A program made the translations under genes and the position numbers. The notes below the pieces were generated by a model, which was not told the origin of the DNA, searched no databases, and saw only the letters and a program-made list of their open reading frames with translations. From Escherichia coli (GTDB lineage: Bacteria > Pseudomonadota > Gammaproteobacteria > Enterobacterales > Enterobacteriaceae): a stretch of DNA of 64,000 nt. Shown piece by piece: positions 30,033 through 43,472 of this stretch. Within the stretch, counting starts at the first letter, position 1. Every line of letters begins with the position of its first letter. The stretch lies in the NCBI RefSeq assembly GCF_024223415.1, contig NZ_CP100500.1; one strand, given 5' to 3'.

Positions 30033-31571
30033 TTAGTGCGCACCGCCTCCGCCGCCACCTGCGCCAAAGGGCGGTTTAGCAAACCACACCAGCCCCAGCA
30101 AGACGAGGAATATCCCGGCTGACATCCAGAAGATCTCATTTGCGGAAATAATCAGCCCCTGATTGGTGATCTGCTGGGCAATCCAGCCTGATGCCTGCTG
30201 TTGTGTCATCCCAAGCCCTTCCAGTTGACTGTACATCGCCTGGGCATTCGGGTTGAACGGGTTTACCGACTCAGTCAACTGCGCATGGTGCATCGACTCG
30301 CGGTTGGTCCACATGGTCGTGGTTATCGACGTGCCAATAGACCCCGCCAGCGTTCGCGTAAAGTTGGAGAGGCTCGATGCCGCCGCCAGTCGTTCCGGTG
30401 GCAAACCAGACAGCGTAATGGTGGTCAGCGGCATAAAGAAGCAGGCCACCGCAAACCCCTGGATAAACTGCGGCCAGGCCGACGCGCCAAAATCCATACC
30501 CGGTTCAAAGGTATAGGCACGCCAGTAGAAGCAGACGGCATACATAATAAAGCTGAAGGTTACCAGCCGCCGCATATCCAGTTTATGCGCGAAGCGGCCG
30601 ATAATCGGCGACAGGATCACCGGAATAATCCCTACCGGCGCAGAGGCCAGACCTGCCCACGTTGCCGTGTAACCGTAGACCTCCTGCAACAACTGCGGCA
30701 GCAGAACAATAGCGCCGAAGTAGAGCATATACGCGAGGCTGATACACAAGCAGCCGATGGTGAAGTTGCGCGACTTAAACAACGACAGATCGACTATCGG
30801 GTTATCGTCGGTCAGCTCCCAGACAATCAGGAAGCAGATAGCCACCACCGCCACCACGGTAAGGATGATAATTTCCTGTGATGAAAACCAGTCCAGCTCT
30901 TTACCGCGGTCGAGCATAATCTGCAGGCTGCCGATACCAATAACCAGCAGTGCCAGCCCCACGGCATCAATCCGCCGCCGTTCGGTGCGGGTTTCACGTC
31001 CGCGCAGAGTTTGCAGTGTCATCAACACCACCGCCACGCCAATCGGCACGTTGATGAAGAATATCCAGCCCCAGTGGTAATTATCGCTGATATACCCGCC
31101 GAGGATTGGGCCGCAAATTGGCGCGACAATCACCGTCATCGACCACAACGCCAGCGCGATTGAGCGTTTGGCTGGCGGGTAATTATTCAGCAATAGACTT
31201 TGCGAAAGCGGGATCAACGGCCCGGCGACAATCCCCTGAATCACGCGGAAGAAGATCAGCATATTCAGGCTGCTGGAGACACCACACGCCCACGACGCAA
31301 TAGCAAAGGCGATGGTTGACCAGAGGAACAGTTTCACTTCCCCGACGCGCTTTGCCAGCCAGCCGGTAAGCGGGATCGAGATAGCATTCGCCACCCCGAA
31401 AGAAGTGATTACCCACGTTCCCTGGCTGAGCGATGAGCCCAGATTCCCGGCGATAGTGGGGATCGCCACGTTAGCAATGGTGGAGTCCAGCACCTGCATG
31501 AATGTCGCCAGTGACAGCGCAATCGTCATAATGACCAGTTGCGCGCCTTCCAGCGGTTTTTGCTGTTGCAT
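30033..31571 (-). CDS. emrB: multidrug efflux MFS permease EmrB
   Basis: ORF 30033..31580; start at MQQQKPLEGAQL gives 512 aa; 14-TMS-type MFS. Confidence 0.93.
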   Translation of the reverse strand: MQQQKPLEGAQLVIMTIALSLATFMQVLDSTIANVAIPTIAGNLGSSLSQGTWVITSFGVANAISIPLTGWLAKRVGEVKLFLWSTIAFAIASWACGVSSSLNMLIFFRVIQGIVAGPLIPLSQSLLLNNYPPAKRSIALALWSMTVIVAPICGPILGGYISDNYHWGWIFFINVPIGVAVVLMTLQTLRGRETRTERRRIDAVGLALLVIGIGSLQIMLDRGKELDWFSSQEIIILTVVAVVAICFLIVWELTDDNPIVDLSLFKSRNFTIGCLCISLAYMLYFGAIVLLPQLLQEVYGYTATWAGLASAPVGIIPVILSPIIGRFAHKLDMRRLVTFSFIMYAVCFYWRAYTFEPGMDFGASAWPQFIQGFAVACFFMPLTTITLSGLPPERLAAASSLSNFTRTLAGSIGTSITTTMWTNRESMHHAQLTESVNPFNPNAQAMYSQLEGLGMTQQQASGWIAQQITNQGLIISANEIFWMSAGIFLVLLGLVWFAKPPFGAGGGGGGAH

Positions 31572-31587
31572 CACACGCACCTCTGGA

Positions 31588-32760
31588 TTAGCCAGCGTTA
31601 GCTTTTACGATATCGTCGATCAGTTTATTGACAGGTGCCAGGCTGATTTCACGCGCGGTACTTACCGCAACCGGTGTGGAACGTACTTTATTTGCCAGTA
31701 CCTGACCGTCACGGTTAGTGGTATTGACGCTCACCAGCGTGGACAAACCGATACGCAGCGGATATTGCTCCAGCTGTTTCTGGTCCAGTTCGATACGCAC
31801 AGGCAGACGCTGAACGACTTTGATCCAGTTACCGGTCGCATTTTGCGCTGGAAGCAGTGAGAACGCGCTACCTGTGCCCATATCCAGACCAACCACTTTA
31901 CCGGTGTATTTCACATCATCGCCGTAAATATCGGTGGTGATGGTGACCGGCTGACCGATGCGCATATTGGCAATCTGCGTCTCTTTAAAGTTGGCATCCA
32001 CCCACATATTGGTGGCTGGAACGACCGCCATCAGCGGCGTCGTTGGGCTAATTTGCGCCCCAGGCTGTACCGCGCGGCGGGAGACATAACCGGTCATCGG
32101 ACTGACAATACGAGTACGCTCCAGCGCCAGCCAGGCGTTACGTACTTCGGTGGCAGCCTGTTGCACGGCAGGCTGATCTTCCAGTTTAGTCCCCAGAATC
32201 ATCGCCTGATTGGCATTGTATTGTTGAATCGCGACGTCCAGTTGCGCCTGGGCACTGGTAACGGCGTCGCGGGCGTGTTGCAGCTCTTCGCGACCAATCA
32301 GGTTGGCATTGCCCAGCGGCACACGGCGGTTGTAGTCGCTTTGTGCTTTCGCGAGGGCGATTTTTTGCACCTCAATATTCGCCTGCAACTGTTTGCTGTT
32401 AATCATCAGCTGGTGGGTTTGGCGAACGCTGGAAGCCAGTGCAGTTTTGGCTTTTTCAAACGCCTGGCGAGCATCTGTCGGGTCGAGAGTGACCAGCACG
32501 TCGCCTTCTTTTACAAAATCGGTGTTATCGGCCCAGACTTTCGTCACGCTGCCAGACACCTGAGACATAATTTGAATTTGATTCCCTGCCACGTATGCGT
32601 CATCGGTTTCTTCGAAGTGACGCAGTACCAAAAACCAATAAATCCCTATCGCTACGGCAATAATTATAAAGAGCAAGGTGAGAAGGAGGAGCAGACGCTT
32701 ACGTTTGCCGCTCTTCTTTACCGGTTGCTGCGGGGTTTGAGTCTCCGCATTTGCGCTCAT
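31588..32760 (-). CDS. emrA: multidrug efflux periplasmic adaptor EmrA
   Basis: ORF 31588..32772; start at MSANAETQTPQQ gives 390 aa. Confidence 0.93.
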   Translation of the reverse strand: MSANAETQTPQQPVKKSGKRKRLLLLLTLLFIIIAVAIGIYWFLVLRHFEETDDAYVAGNQIQIMSQVSGSVTKVWADNTDFVKEGDVLVTLDPTDARQAFEKAKTALASSVRQTHQLMINSKQLQANIEVQKIALAKAQSDYNRRVPLGNANLIGREELQHARDAVTSAQAQLDVAIQQYNANQAMILGTKLEDQPAVQQAATEVRNAWLALERTRIVSPMTGYVSRRAVQPGAQISPTTPLMAVVPATNMWVDANFKETQIANMRIGQPVTITTDIYGDDVKYTGKVVGLDMGTGSAFSLLPAQNATGNWIKVVQRLPVRIELDQKQLEQYPLRIGLSTLVSVNTTNRDGQVLANKVRSTPVAVSTAREISLAPVNKLIDDIVKANAG

Positions 32761-32815
32761 ATTGTTCTCCACGATCTTCTTAACTCATCGGCTGAGCCGA
32801 CCTGCTTGCCAAAAA

Positions 32816-32854
32816 GGCCAGCATGTTGCGATGCTGGCCAGTCATTTTTTCTTT
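32816..32854. other. stable hairpin between mprA and emrA
   Basis: ggccagcat-gttgcg-atgctggcc (9-bp stem) at 32816-32839; T-run on plus strand 32844-32854, TTTTTgg on minus strand. Confidence 0.55.
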
Positions 32855-32886
32855 TATAAATCTGGATTTTTGAGCGAGATGACGCG

Positions 32887-33417
32887 TTAGCTCATCGCTT
32901 CGAGAACCACACCGTCTTGTTCCATCTGGTCGAGACGGGAGAGCAATTTGCGGGTGATTTGCTCGAGCTGATCTTTTTCTGTTGTGCTGAGCGCGGACCA
33001 GAGTTGATGCAGGCAGTTATGCTGCGGTGGTAAAACCTCGCGCAAAAACTCGTGACCTTTTTCCGTTAATTGCAGATGCAGGCAGCGGCGATCGTTATCG
33101 CTTTCACGACGTTCGATCCAACCGCGTTTTTCCAGTTCATCGGCAATACGCGTCGCGTTGGTACGGGATGATCCAAGAGCACAACTTAATTCAGAAGGCT
33201 GAATACTGTGGTTTTCCTGAGACTCCAGCGTAATCAACGCCATAAACAACGTCTCGTTAATCCCCTGAGCCTTCAGCATTTTATTGCGGTTCTCCAGCAG
33301 CTTGCTTTGCATGTGCATGCAAAGACGAGTCAGAAGGATCTCCTGATAAGGAAAATCTTCGTGGCGGCTGGCGCGAAATTTTAGCATTTGTTCAATGGGC
33401 GTAAACGAACTATCCAT
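32887..33417 (-). CDS. mprA: MarR-family repressor MprA (EmrR)
   Basis: 176 aa; recognised as MprA/EmrR. Confidence 0.93.
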
Positions 33418-33507
33418 TTGGGTATGACCTCATTAATTTCAGCCGATATAGTAACGACAGTGACAAATAAAGTAAATGTATTGTTTTAGAAAAATGATTC
33501 TTGTGGG

Positions 33508-33843
33508 TTATATAATCGCCATCACTTTCCAGGCGAGCCCATAGGCCAGCGCACTAAGCAGTGTTGGGATGATAATGCTGCGTGTTTTATAGAAACTGGC
33601 ACCCAGTACCGCGAAGCCGACCAGCGTGGGCACGAAACGGCGTGTATCGTGCATCACTTCTGGTGCGGTAGAGACAACCAGCAGAGCGCATATCGAGGCG
33701 ATGCCAATGGTGTCGAGCAAAATACCTACCGCGCCACGTTTGGTTGGGCGGGCATTACCCACACGCAGGCGCAGCGGCAAATAGCGGAAGCAATAATTCG
33801 CTGCGCCAACCAGTAACCCAAGCAGCAGAACCTCATAGCTCAT
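33508..33843 (-). CDS. ygaH: branched-chain amino acid (L-valine) exporter small subunit YgaH
   Basis: 111 aa AzlD-like membrane protein. Confidence 0.88.
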   Translation of the reverse strand: MSYEVLLLGLLVGAANYCFRYLPLRLRVGNARPTKRGAVGILLDTIGIASICALLVVSTAPEVMHDTRRFVPTLVGFAVLGASFYKTRSIIIPTLLSALAYGLAWKVMAII

Positions 33844-34570
33844 CGGGCGCTCCTTGCCAGAATGCCTGGATTAACGCAGTGAGGCAGCCACAGACAATGC
33901 CTGCCAGAATGGCGACGGGAATAGAAAATAGCGTTACGCCTGCAAGGGCACCAACTAACGCTGCGGTAACGCAAAGAGATTGTTTGCGCTGGAAAGAGGC
34001 GAGCAGGAAACTCATAAAGAGTGCCGGAAGCATAAAACCTAATGCTGCTTCAACGGCGGGATAACCTTGCAGCAAGCCGCTGCCGGAGAATGCCCCTATT
34101 ACCGTACCAAATACCCACGATGACCATGAACTGAAGGCAATGCCGATCATCCAGTTCTCGCTCCAGCGGCGATTATTGCGTACCAGTTTTGCGGTGGCGG
34201 CGGCAAAAACCTCATCCGTCAGGCCAAACGCCCATAGGGCTGTTTTCGATTTTTGCAGACGCTGAATAATACGGCTACGCAGTGACGGGCCATACAAAAC
34301 ATGGCGAACATCCATTGCCATGACGGTCAGTGCAGCAACCCACAAACTACTCCCTGCTGCCAGCATCGCGGTAATGACGAACTGGCTCGCGCCTGCATAA
34401 ATGATGCAGGAGAAAAAAACGCTTTCGAGAGGAGAGAATCCCAGACGGGTCGCATTCAGACCGAACGCAAAGGCCACCGGAATATAACTAATAACAATCG
34501 GTAAACTGTCTTTGCATCCTTCCATGAAGGTCGCCGAACCAGGAGCAGGCTGTGGAGTAGGGCTTTCCAT
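33833..34570 (-). CDS. ygaZ: branched-chain amino acid exporter large subunit YgaZ (AzlC family)
   Basis: 245 aa; 11-nt overlap with ygaH. Confidence 0.88.
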   Translation of the reverse strand: MESPTPQPAPGSATFMEGCKDSLPIVISYIPVAFAFGLNATRLGFSPLESVFFSCIIYAGASQFVITAMLAAGSSLWVAALTVMAMDVRHVLYGPSLRSRIIQRLQKSKTALWAFGLTDEVFAAATAKLVRNNRRWSENWMIGIAFSSWSSWVFGTVIGAFSGSGLLQGYPAVEAALGFMLPALFMSFLLASFQRKQSLCVTAALVGALAGVTLFSIPVAILAGIVCGCLTALIQAFWQGAPDEL

Positions 34571-34693
34571 AGAGTGTACGCTTAACGATTGTTAATATTA
34601 TAAATAGACTGAATGAATATCTTAACCTTATCAGACTGATGGGCTTCTTAACACCCTTATAAGTGTAAAGCCACGAAAACGGTTGCTGATTGC

Positions 34694-35878
34694 TTAATTT
34701 GCGGCTTCCTGACGATGAAAACCTCGCCACCAGACCAGTAAGTTAACCAGGGCAATCGTCGCGCCAGCCAGACAAACGCCAGCCCAACCGCCATGTTGCC
34801 AGGCTGAGGCTGAAATTAGCGAACCGGCGGCACCGCCAATAAAGTAGCTGGTCATGTAACCTGCGGTCAGGCGATTACGCGCATCAGGATGTATTCGATA
34901 AATTACCGTCTGGTTAGTGATATGCACGCCCTGCACGGTGAGGTCCAGCACCAGGATGCCGATAATCAGTGCCAGTACGGAAGTGTGTCCAAACCAGATT
35001 GCCAGCCATGAAAGTAACAGCAGCAGCAGACCGAAAGTTGTGGTGTGGTGCGATTTGCCCTTGTCGGCAAAACCGCCCGCCGGACGAGCGCTCAACGCTC
35101 CGGCAGCTCCCGCAAGCCCAAACAGACCAATGACACCATCGCTGTAGTTAAAAGGTGGAGCGGCAAGCAAAAAGGCCATTGAGGTCCAGAGAATGCTGAA
35201 GTTGGCAAAGGTCAGGCAGCCCAGCAACGCGCGGGTGCGCAGGATCTTATTGCTGATAAACATACTGAAAACGGAACCCAACAACTGTGGGTAATTGAGG
35301 TGGGTTTCTGATTTCATTTGTGGCAGACCACGCCATAATGCCAGCGCCATCAGTGCCATTAACACCGAGGCAACCCAAAAGACGGTGCGCCAGCCGCCGA
35401 GGTTTGCCAGTAACCCGGCAACGGTTCGTGCCAGCAAGATCCCCAACAGCAGACCGCTCATAATGGTGCCAACCACTTTGCCGCGTTTGTCCGGTGAAGC
35501 CAGCGTCGCTGCCAGTGGAACCAGAATTTGTGCCACGACTGAGAATAAACCGGTTAATGCCGTACCGAGGATCATCATCGCCAGCGACTGACTGCTGGCG
35601 GTAATCAACATGCCGCATGCCGCCAGTAAGGTCATCGAGACAATCAGGCGGCGGCGTTCAAACATATCACCGAGGGGAACAAGAAACAGTAGACCTGCGG
35701 CATAGCCCAACTGCGCGGCGGTAACAATAAAGCCTGCCGAACTGGCGGAAAGGGAAAAGTTACGCGCGATGGTGTCGAGCAATGGCTGGGCGTAATAGTT
35801 ACTGGCTACCGCCAGACCGGTGGCGATAGACATCAGCACGATCAGCGCCGGGCTAAGCTCATGATTAGGTTTAGTCAT
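34694..35878 (-). CDS. ygaY: MFS transporter YgaY, uninterrupted here
   Basis: 394 aa continuous ORF with about 12 hydrophobic segments. Confidence 0.8.
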   Translation of the reverse strand: MTKPNHELSPALIVLMSIATGLAVASNYYAQPLLDTIARNFSLSASSAGFIVTAAQLGYAAGLLFLVPLGDMFERRRLIVSMTLLAACGMLITASSQSLAMMILGTALTGLFSVVAQILVPLAATLASPDKRGKVVGTIMSGLLLGILLARTVAGLLANLGGWRTVFWVASVLMALMALALWRGLPQMKSETHLNYPQLLGSVFSMFISNKILRTRALLGCLTFANFSILWTSMAFLLAAPPFNYSDGVIGLFGLAGAAGALSARPAGGFADKGKSHHTTTFGLLLLLLSWLAIWFGHTSVLALIIGILVLDLTVQGVHITNQTVIYRIHPDARNRLTAGYMTSYFIGGAAGSLISASAWQHGGWAGVCLAGATIALVNLLVWWRGFHRQEAAN

Positions 35879-35978
35879 TATTTTTGTTCATCAGGTGATG
35901 ATTAAGCTGGAAATCAATAATAGCGGATGTTGATGAATATGGGATGAAAGATAGATTGTTGAAATGTGCGGTGTGGTT

Positions 35979-36060
<82 letters not shown>

Positions 36061-36069
36061 GAATAAAAA

Positions 36070-37062
36070 TTACTTCTGCGCTGCCAACGCCTCATTCACC
36101 CAGCCATCGAACTGTTGCTGGTGGGCTTTGATCCAGCCATCAACGTGGCCCTGAATATCGCCTTCTGAGGCTTTGCCGTCATGCATAATGGCGTTCTGGG
36201 CGTTAATATCTGCCACTGGCAACTGCATAATGGCAAACAGTTTCGCTGCTGCCGGGTTTTTCTCGGCCCAGGCTTTATTGGCAACGATATGCATGGTGCT
36301 GACCGGGAAGCCGTAATTCGCGCCATTCGGCAGTTTGGTATCGGCATTTTTATCGCCCGGCAGTGCAGAGAACGGCACCTGCAACCAGACCACATCTTTC
36401 CCTGGCTTCAGCTCATTACTCACCCAGTACGGCGTCCAGGTGTAGTAAAACACCGGTTTGCCCTCTTTGTAGCGACTGATGGTGTCGGCCATCATCGCTG
36501 CGTAGTTCCCCTGATTATGCGTCACGGTGTTGGTCAGTTCATACGCGGCAAGCTGGTGGTTGATCGCACCTTCGCAGCCCCAGCCTGGGTTACAACCGGT
36601 TAAATCCGCTTTACCGTCGCCGTTGGTATCGAACAGTTTGGCGATCTTCGGATCTTTCAGTTGTGCGATGTTGGTGATTTTGTACTGGTCGGCGGTTTTC
36701 TTATCGATCAGGTAACCCTGTGCCGCGCCGTTAACAAATACCCCTTCACGATAAAATTTCTTATCGCCACCGGCAGCTTCGTACATGTTGTCATGCAGTG
36801 GCGTCCAGTTCACGGCGGTGAAGGTTGCATCGCCGGAAGCAAGCGAGGTGTAGCCAACGTTGTAATCCACTTCGCTGGGTTTATTGACGGTATAACCTAA
36901 TTTCTCCAGCGCACGACTGACCAGCAGTGTCTGGAAGGTTTCTTCGGTGATGGTGCTTTGAACTGGATTAACAGTAATGCCTTTGCCCGGCAGATCGGCA
37001 GCAAAAGTTTGTGTAGAGATAAGCGTGGCAAACGCTGTCGCAAAAAGTACGCTATGTCGCAT
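36070..37062 (-). CDS. proX: glycine betaine/proline ABC transporter periplasmic binding protein ProX
   Basis: ORF 36070..37110; start at [21 protein letters not shown] (signal peptide) gives 330 aa. Confidence 0.93.
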
Positions 37063-37118
37063 TGTTATTCCTTTTTTTGGCAGGGTGATATGCCCGGCGT
37101 CACCGGGCAAGTGCAGAG

Positions 37119-38183
37119 TTACTTAATGAATGGGCGGGTCAGCAGACCGACAGGGCCAGTGGTGTACCAGCGACGGTTGCCGCGACTGCGTGAGTCGCGC
37201 CCAACGGCCTGCGTCAGGCGATCGAGGATAATGGCGAGGATCACAATCCCGACGCCGCCAACGGTGGCAAGCCCCATATCCAGACGACCGATACCGCGAA
37301 GTACCATCTGACCCAGCCCGCCGACGGCAATCATCGAGGCGATGACCACCATAGAAAGGGCCAGCATCAGCGTCTGGTTAACGCCCGCCATAATGGTCGG
37401 CATCGCCAGCGGTAACTGAACTTTGAACAGCATCTGGCGCGGGCTGGCACCGAATGAGCGCGAGGCTTCAATCAGATCCGCCGGAACCTGGTTAATCCCC
37501 AGAATGGTCAGACGGATAATCGGCGGCAGAGCAAAGATGATCGTCACCACCACGCCCGGCACGTTACCGATACCAAATAGCATGACGATTGGCACCAGAT
37601 AAACAAACGCTGGCGTGGTCTGCATGGCATCAAGCAGTGGACGAATAATTTTCGCCGCTCGCGGACTTCTCGCCAGCCAGATCCCCAACGGCAAACCGAT
37701 GACGATACAGAACAGCAGGGCGGTTAACACCAGCGCCAGAGTAACCATTGCCTGCGACCAGGCACCGATTGCGCCGATGGCAATCAGCGAAACCAGCGTC
37801 GCCACGCCCATTCCGACCCCGGAAATCTGCCAGGCGATGAGAGCGAAAACGATAATCGCCACCGGCGCGGGCATACCCAGCAGCAATTGCTGGAAACCGT
37901 TGAGGATATAATCAACCGGAACGCGCACGCCCTGGAAGACGGGACGGAAATGGGTAACGACCCAGTCGATCCCTTCAGTGACCCAACTGTCGAGCGGGAT
38001 CAGCGTTTTATGGAACGGATCGAGAATATTAAAATGCTCGACGTTTGGCGCAGGCGTACTGGTCAGCCAGTCAGCACCACCGCCGTCAGTCGGTGCAGTC
38101 GCCGGTGTACCCCAGGCGTCTGCGGATTGCGCGGCACTGTCCGCCGCTGGCGTGGTATCCCACGGATTATTTTGATCAGCCAT
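37119..38183 (-). CDS. proW: glycine betaine/proline ABC transporter permease ProW
   Basis: 354 aa. Confidence 0.93.
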
Positions 38184-39378
38184 TATTTACCCCCTCACGA
38201 TCTAAAGCGCGCAGCAGCATTCCTTTCGAAATGATGCCGACATACTGTTGGTCCTCGTCGACCACGGGCACCGCACAGGGTGCCTGTCCGACATGAGAGA
38301 GCAACTCGCTAAGAGGCGTTTGTGCATCGACCGCTAACGGCGCATCAATCAGCGCCGCATCAAGACCTTGCTGTTGCGTTAACGCGGTTTTAAGCGAATC
38401 GATAGACACGGCGCCGACAAACTTATTACCGCGTTCGATAACGTAGCCATATTCGCGGTCTTCATCCTGCAATAATTTCAGCGCCGAACGTGGGCCGAAG
38501 CCAGGGGTTTTACGAATTAAGCCATTCGGTGTCCGGCGGGCAATATCTTTCGCACTGAATACCTGACTAATATCAACGCCACGGAAGAAGGTACGGACAT
38601 AATCATTCGCCGGATTATTGAGAATTTCATCCGGTGTGCCGACCTGTACCACTTCACCATTTTGCATAATGGCAATTCGGTCGCCAATACGCATGGCTTC
38701 ATCGAGATCGTGGGAAATAAAGACAATGGTGCGCTGATGTTTCGCCTGTAATTTTACCAGCTCATCCTGCATCTCGGTGCGAATTAATGGATCGAGTGCC
38801 GAGAAGGCTTCGTCCATTAATAATATATCCGGATTAATCGCTAACGCGCGGGCTAATCCCACACGTTGACGCATCCCGCCAGAGAGTTCATCCGGGTAGC
38901 TGTGGGCATAATTTTCCAGCCCGACCTGACGCAGTGCATCAAGGGCTTTTTCCCGGCGTTCTTCGGCATTAATTCCGGCCAGTTCCATACCGAACGCAGT
39001 ATTGTCCAGCACGGTCATATGCGGCATTAAGGCAAAGGACTGGAAGACCATCGCAATCTTTTTTCTGCGCACCTCACGGAGTTCGGCGTCGGATATTTTG
39101 GCAATATCCACACCATCAATCAGCACTTGCCCGCGGGTGGGTTCAATCAGGCGATTGAGAAGGCGTACCATTGTGGATTTACCCGAACCGGATAATCCCA
39201 TGATGACAAATATCTCGCCTTCTTCAATGGCCAGACTGGCGTCTTTTACGCCAAGCGATAGCCCAGTTTTTTCCAGAATTTGTTCTTTTGAAAGTCCTTG
39301 TTCGATATATTTGAAAGCTCGCTGTGGATGCTCACCAAATATTTTATAAAGATTTTTAATTTCTAATTTAATTGCCAT
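38176..39378 (-). CDS. proV: glycine betaine/proline ABC transporter ATPase ProV
   Basis: 400 aa; Walker [11 protein letters not shown]-terminal CBS domains. Confidence 0.95.
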   Translation of the reverse strand: MAIKLEIKNLYKIFGEHPQRAFKYIEQGLSKEQILEKTGLSLGVKDASLAIEEGEIFVIMGLSGSGKSTMVRLLNRLIEPTRGQVLIDGVDIAKISDAELREVRRKKIAMVFQSFALMPHMTVLDNTAFGMELAGINAEERREKALDALRQVGLENYAHSYPDELSGGMRQRVGLARALAINPDILLMDEAFSALDPLIRTEMQDELVKLQAKHQRTIVFISHDLDEAMRIGDRIAIMQNGEVVQVGTPDEILNNPANDYVRTFFRGVDISQVFSAKDIARRTPNGLIRKTPGFGPRSALKLLQDEDREYGYVIERGNKFVGAVSIDSLKTALTQQQGLDAALIDAPLAVDAQTPLSELLSHVGQAPCAVPVVDEDQQYVGIISKGMLLRALDREGVNNG

Positions 39379-39587
39379 GCAATAGAAAGATTCCTGTTAT
39401 TTGTTTATGTCGATACATTACCCAATGGAAATAGTCACTTTTTTCTACCCTAACATACTGAGAATCTGAGGCAACCCCTGAGGGCAAATGTGGCATGAAT
39501 ATTGATGTGAGCAAATCGCCGGAATTTCCCATGATATAAGGGCTGAGAGCAAATCGAGAAAAGTTGATATTTTTTGTCAAAGATAGC

Positions 39588-39619
39588 AAAAAAACGCCTG
39601 AATATTGTGGTTTCAGGCG
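39588..39619 (-). terminator. intrinsic terminator of nrdHIEF
   Basis: Minus-strand hairpin cgcctgaa-accacaata-ttcaggcg followed by TTTTTTT. Confidence 0.8.
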
Positions 39620-39733
39620 AATAATGCAACAGAGTATTAGTGTAGATCACCACAAATTATTTACGTGATATAAAGCTATTTGGCGGGAATTATTTCCCTG
39701 TCGCGGGTAGTGATATTTTTGAAAATAACACCC

Positions 39734-40702
<969 letters not shown>

Positions 40703-42847
40703 TTAAAGTGCACAGGAGACGCAGCCTTCAATTTCAGTGCCTTCCAGCGCCATCTGACGCAGGCGGATGTAATAGAGCGTTTTGATACCTTTGCGCCAGG
40801 CGTAAATCTGCGCTTTGTTGATATCGCGAGTGGTGGCGGTATCGGGGAAAAACAGCGTCAGCGAAAGCCCCTGATCGACATGGCGAGTCGCTTCCGCGTA
40901 GGTGTCGATGATCTTTTCTGCGCCGATTTCGTAAGCGTCCTGATATAGCGCCAGATTTTCGTTAGTCATAAACGGGGCAGGGTAGTAAACGCGCCCTGTT
41001 TTGCCCTCTTTGCGTATCTCTACTTTCGCCACAATCGGATGAATACTCGACGTAGCATGGTTGATATAAGAGATAGAACCGGTTGGCGGCACCGCCTGAA
41101 GATTCTGGTTGTAAATGCCGTAGCGCATCACGTCGTCGCGCAGCTGCGCCCACATCTCACGGGTAGGTAACGTAATACCGCTACGGGCAAACAGTTCGCC
41201 AACTTTCGCCGTTTTCGGCTGCCAGTTCCCTTGCAGATATTGGCTAAAATATTCACCACTGGCATAGCGTGACTGTTTGAACCCGGCGAAGGTTTCACCG
41301 CGTTCGCGTGCCAGCAACATCGAGGTACGCAGTGCGTGCCAGGTGATGGCATAGAAATAGAGATTGGTGAAATCCAGTGCTTCCGGCGAACCATAAGCGA
41401 TGCCTTCTCGCGCCAGATAGCCGTGTAAATTCATCTGCCCCAGTCCGATGGCGTGCGAGGCGGCATTTCCGGCTTCGATGGACGGCACGCTGCGGATATG
41501 ACTCATATCTGATACTGCCGTTAAACCGCGCACGGCAGTCTCTACCGTGCGGGCAAAATCGGGGGAATCCATGGTGTGCGCAATATTCAACGAACCTAAA
41601 TTGCAGGAGATATCATGGCCTGTGCGGGCATAGTCGAGATTCTCGTCATACTCTGAGGCGCTGTTAACCTGCAAAATTTCTGAGCAGAGATTACTCATAT
41701 TTATGCGCCCGGCGACAGGGTTAGCACGGTTTACCGTGTCTTCATACATGATGTACGGATAGCCAGACTCAAACTGGATTTCTGCCAGTCGCTGGAAGAA
41801 ATCACGGGCGTTGAGGTATTTTTTGCGAATGCGTTCATCGGCAACCAGTTCGTCATAGTGTTGGCTGATGGCCACATCGGCAAACGGCTTGCCATAAACT
41901 CGCTCTACGTCATAAGGCGAAAACAGCGCCATCTGCGCATTCTCTTTTGCCAGATGGAAAGTGATATCCGGGATCACCACGCCCAGCGACAGTGTTTTAA
42001 TGCGGATTTTTTCGTCGGCATTTTCCCGTTTCGTGTCGAGAAAACGCAGAATATCGGGATGATGAGCATGTAAATAGACTGCACCAGCCCCCTGACGAGC
42101 GCCGAGTTGGTTGGCATAGGAAAATGCGTCTTCCAGCATTTTCATCACCGGAATTACGCCAGAAGATTGATTTTCAATACGTTTAATTGGCGCGCCCGCT
42201 TCTCGCAGATTCGACAGCAAAAATGCCACGCCGCCGCCGCGTTTCGACAGTTGTAGTGCGGAATTTACCGCCCGGCCAATCGACTCCATATTGTCTTCAA
42301 TACGCAGCAGAAAACAGGAAACCAGTTCGCCGCGCTGCTGCTTACCGCAGTTGAGGAATGTCGGCGTGGCTGGCTGAAAGCGTCCTGACAGCATCTCATC
42401 AGTGAGCTGCGTCGCCAGTGTTTCATCGCCTTGTGCCAGCGTCAGCGCCACCATCGTGACTCGATCGGCAAAATCTTCCAGATAACGTTTACCGTCGAAT
42501 GTCTTCAACGTATAGCTGGTGTAAAACTTCCATGCCCCGAGGAATGTCTGGAAACGAAAACCGCTGGTGTGTGCGTGGGCAAACAGCGTAATGACAAAGT
42601 CGCGAGGGTAGCGATTAAGAACGCTTTCATCATAGTAACCTTCGTTGACCAGCCAGTTCAGGCGCTGCTGCTGGCTACTGAAGGTCACACTGTTCGGACG
42701 CACATGCGTCGCAATAAAGGCGTCAACGGCCTGGCGGTCTTTATCGAACTGAATGCGACCTGCGCTATCGTAGAGGTTAAGCATCGCATTCAGCGCGTGA
42801 TAATCCATCGTTTCCTGCGTCAGGCGTTCTGCGGTTGTCGTTGCCAA
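40703..42847 (-). CDS. nrdE: class Ib ribonucleotide reductase alpha subunit NrdE
   Basis: 714 aa; C-terminal CVSC motif. Confidence 0.95.
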
Positions 42848-43230
42848 AATTCGGTTACTCCTTTACGAACGTTTTCGATATCGCTTTGCGTACCCATGAG
42901 TTCAAAACGGTACAGCCACGGCACGCCGCATTTCCGGGCAATCACATCTCCGGCGCGGCCATACGCCTCACCAAAGTTGCGATTACCCGAAGCAATAACG
43001 CCGCGAAGCAACGCCCGGTTGTGCTCGTCGTTTAAAAAGCGAATTACCTGTCGTGGCACCGCGCCAGCCGTACCGCCGCCGCCGTAAGAGGGCACGATCA
43101 GGATGTAAGGCTCGTCTACCTGAATCCGTTCCCGCTCATTGAGCGGGATGCGCACCGCGGGCAGACCTAAACGTTCGATAAAACGCTGCGTGTTTTCGGA
43201 GCTGCTGGAGAAGTAGACGAGCTGGCTCAT
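42820..43230 (-). CDS. nrdI: flavodoxin-like NrdI
   Basis: 136 aa; 28-nt overlap with nrdE start. Confidence 0.93.
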
Positions 43231-43472
43231 GCACTGGCCGCGTGTGGCGCTGGATGCAGACGGTTAATCATGTCCGGACGGAAACCAGACCAGCTAAGAT
43301 CGCCAGCAATCACTACCGGCAACTGACGAAAGCCCTGAGCACGCAACGCTTCTGCCGCTTCAGGAACGCGATCGACATTAATCATTTCAAAATCAAAGCC
43401 CTGGTTTTCCATCGCCCGTTTGGTGGCGTGGCACTGAACGCAATCGTTACGAGTGTAAATAGTAATGCGCAT
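43227..43472 (-). CDS. nrdH: glutaredoxin-like NrdH
   Basis: 81 aa; CVQC redox motif. Confidence 0.93.

Noticed and set aside
30201-30881. 226-aa plus-strand ORF inside emrB, and similar antisense ORFs inside hypF (7532-8182), nrdE (42431-43087) and gabD (51693-52373)
   Set aside because: Arg/Pro/Gly-rich low-complexity translations antisense to well-supported genes.
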